This document shows positions 61,790 to 64,000 of a stretch of DNA of 64,000 nt, piece by piece (position 1 is the stretch's first letter; each line of letters opens with the position of its first letter). Below the pieces are notes generated by a model. It had not been told where the DNA came from, ran no database searches, and was given only the letters and a program-made list of their open reading frames with translations. Location: the NCBI RefSeq assembly GCF_044704955.1, contig NC_091979.1, positions 79,112,001-79,176,000 on the forward strand, written 5' to 3'. Both the position numbers and the translations under genes were made by a program. The stretch is from Pristiophorus japonicus (Eukaryota).

Positions 61790-63398
61790 ACATAAATAGT
61801 AAATGGGTAGCAAGAGGAGGGGTGGGGCCGATTAGGGATCAAAATGGAAACCTACGAATGGAGGCAGAGGGCATGGCTGAGGTACTAAATGAGTACTTTG
61901 CATTTGCCTTTACCAAGAAGATGCTGCCAAAGTCGTAGTGAAAGAGGAGGTTGTTGAGATACTGTATGGACTAAAAATTGATAAATCAGAGGTACTAGAA
62001 AGGCTGGCTGTACTTGAAGTAGATAAGTCACCGGGATGGATGCATCCTCAGATGCTGAGGGAAATAAAGGTCAAAATTGCGGAAGTACTGGCCATCATTT
62101 TCCAATCCTCCTTAGACACAGGAGTGGTGCCAGAGGACTGGAGAATTACAAATGTTATACCCAGCAACTATAGGCCAGTCAGTTTAACCTCGGTGGTGAG
62201 GAAGCTTTTAGAAATGATAATCCGGGACAAAATTAACAATCACTTGGACAAGTGTGGATTAAGGAAAGCCAGCACGGATTTGTTAAAGGCAAATCATGTT
62301 TAATTAATTTGATCGAGTTTTTTTGATGAGGTAACAGAGAGGGTTGATGAGAGCAATGCGGTTGATGTGGGGTACATGGACTTCCAAAAGGCATTTGATA
62401 AAGTGCCACATAGTAGGCTTTCCAGCAAAGTTGAAGCCCATGGAAAAAAAGGGACAGTTGCAGCATGGATACAAAATTGGCAAAGTGACAGGAAACAGAG
62501 GGTAGTGGTGAGCGGTTGTTTATTGACTGGAGGAATATAGGAGTCGGTACTAGGACCACTGTTTTTTTATATATATATTAATGACTTGGTCTTGGGTGTA
62601 CAGGACACAATTTCAAAATTTGCAGATGACACAACTTGGAAGTATAGTAAATAGTGAGGAGGATAGTGCTAGCCTTTAAGCGGACATAGACAGATTGGTG
62701 GAATGGGCGGACACGTGGCAGATGAAATTTAATGCAGAAAAGTTTAAGAAAGTGATTTAAAAAGCATACGGGATCCTGGGCTTCATAAATAGAGGCATAG
62801 AGTACAAAAGCAAGGAAGTTAGGATGAACCTTTATAAAACACTGGTTCGGCCTCAACTGGAGTATTGCGTCCAATTCTGGGCACTGCAGTTTAGGAAGGA
62901 TGTGAAGGCCTTGGAGAGGGTGCAGAAAAGATTACAAGAATGGTTCCAAGGATGAAGGACTTCAGTTATGTGGAGAGACTGGAGAAGATGGAGTTGTTCT
63001 CCTTAGAGCAGAGAAGGTTAAGAGGCAATTTGATAAAGGTGTTAAAAATCAGAAATGGTTTTGCTAGAGTAAATAAAGAGAAACTGTTCCCATTGGCAGA
63101 AGGGTCGAGAACCAGAGGACACAGATTTAAGGTGATTGGCAGAAGAACCAAAGGTGACATGAGGAAAAACTTTTTTACGTAGCGAGTGGTTAGGATCTGG
63201 AATGCACTGCCTGAAAGGGTGGTGGAGACAGACTCAATTGTTGCTTTGAAAAGGAAATTGGATAAGTGTCTGAAGGAAAAAACTTTGCAGGGCTACAGGG
63301 TAAGGGCGGGGAGTGGGACTAGCTGGCATGGGCTCGACAGGCTGAATGACCTCCTTCTGTGCAGTAACCATTCTATGATTTTATGATTCTATGATTCT
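61790..63398 (+). mobile_element. CR1 LINE, 5'-truncated and internally deleted
   Basis: RT motifs (MDFQKAFDKVPH, KFADD); (ATTCTATG)n tail. Confidence 0.9.
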
Positions 63399-63409
63399 AA
63401 AATGAATGA

Positions 63410-64000
63410 CATCACACATTCCCACATTGAACTCCAACTGCCATAATTTTGTTCACTCACTTAAGTCTGCCCATGTTCCTTTGTAACTTCCTGCTTCCTT
63501 CTACACAACATACTGTGCCTTCTAGCTAAGTATCATCTGCAAACTTGAATATACAATTATGCATTCCTTCATCCAAGACATTGATATATATGATGAAAAG
63601 CTGAGGCCACAGTACAGATCCCTGGGGAACATCACTTGTCACATCCCACCAGTCAGGGAACATTCCCTTTATTCCTAGCTCCCAACCAATTACCAACTCA
63701 TGTGACAAGGTTACATCCAATTCTGTGTTATTTCATTTTGATCATCTTTTGTGTAGAACCTTATCTGTGTAAATCCTTCTGAAAATCAATATAGAATATA
63801 TCCATAGATACTTACCTATCCACCATGCTAGTGACCAAAAAATTCAACTAGATTAGCCAGACATGACCTACCTTTCACATATCCATGCTGACTCTCTTTG
63901 ATCAGCTCATCCTTGTCCAAGTGCTCAATTACTCTGTCTCTAATGCAGCTGCAATTTCCTCACTTATTCCTTGTAATACTCTGGGAAATATCCAGGTCCT
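63410..64000 (-). mobile_element. Old CR1 RT fragment
   Basis: VPQGSVLWP and FKFADDT on the minus strand. Confidence 0.85.

Overview
Repeat-saturated vertebrate DNA, most likely a shark or other elasmobranch (inferred from the CR1 families, SacSINE1/Deu-type SINEs, Penelope and Harbinger elements). It appears to be the intronic interior of an unidentified minus-strand host gene with exons at 60742-60895, possibly 39964-39992, 35455-36018 and 19163-19309. Most of the window is nested, decayed transposable elements: CR1, L2 and RTE LINEs, three Gypsy elements, Penelope elements with hammerhead ribozyme motifs, and Harbinger transposons. The most interesting object is a complete 3.4-kb LTR element at 36264-39674. 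It has paired LTRs, a 5-bp TSD, a tRNA-Ser-like PBS and a PPT, but no gag or pol. It carries only a decayed envelope gene that resembles lokiretrovirus Env / paramyxovirus-F-like class I fusogens rather than gamma- or beta-retroviral Env. Also notable are a LINE with a tRNA-derived SINE-like head in place of ORF1, bipartite non-autonomous RTE elements, and a twin-primed RTE insertion. All family assignments come from motif recognition by eye; no searches were run.
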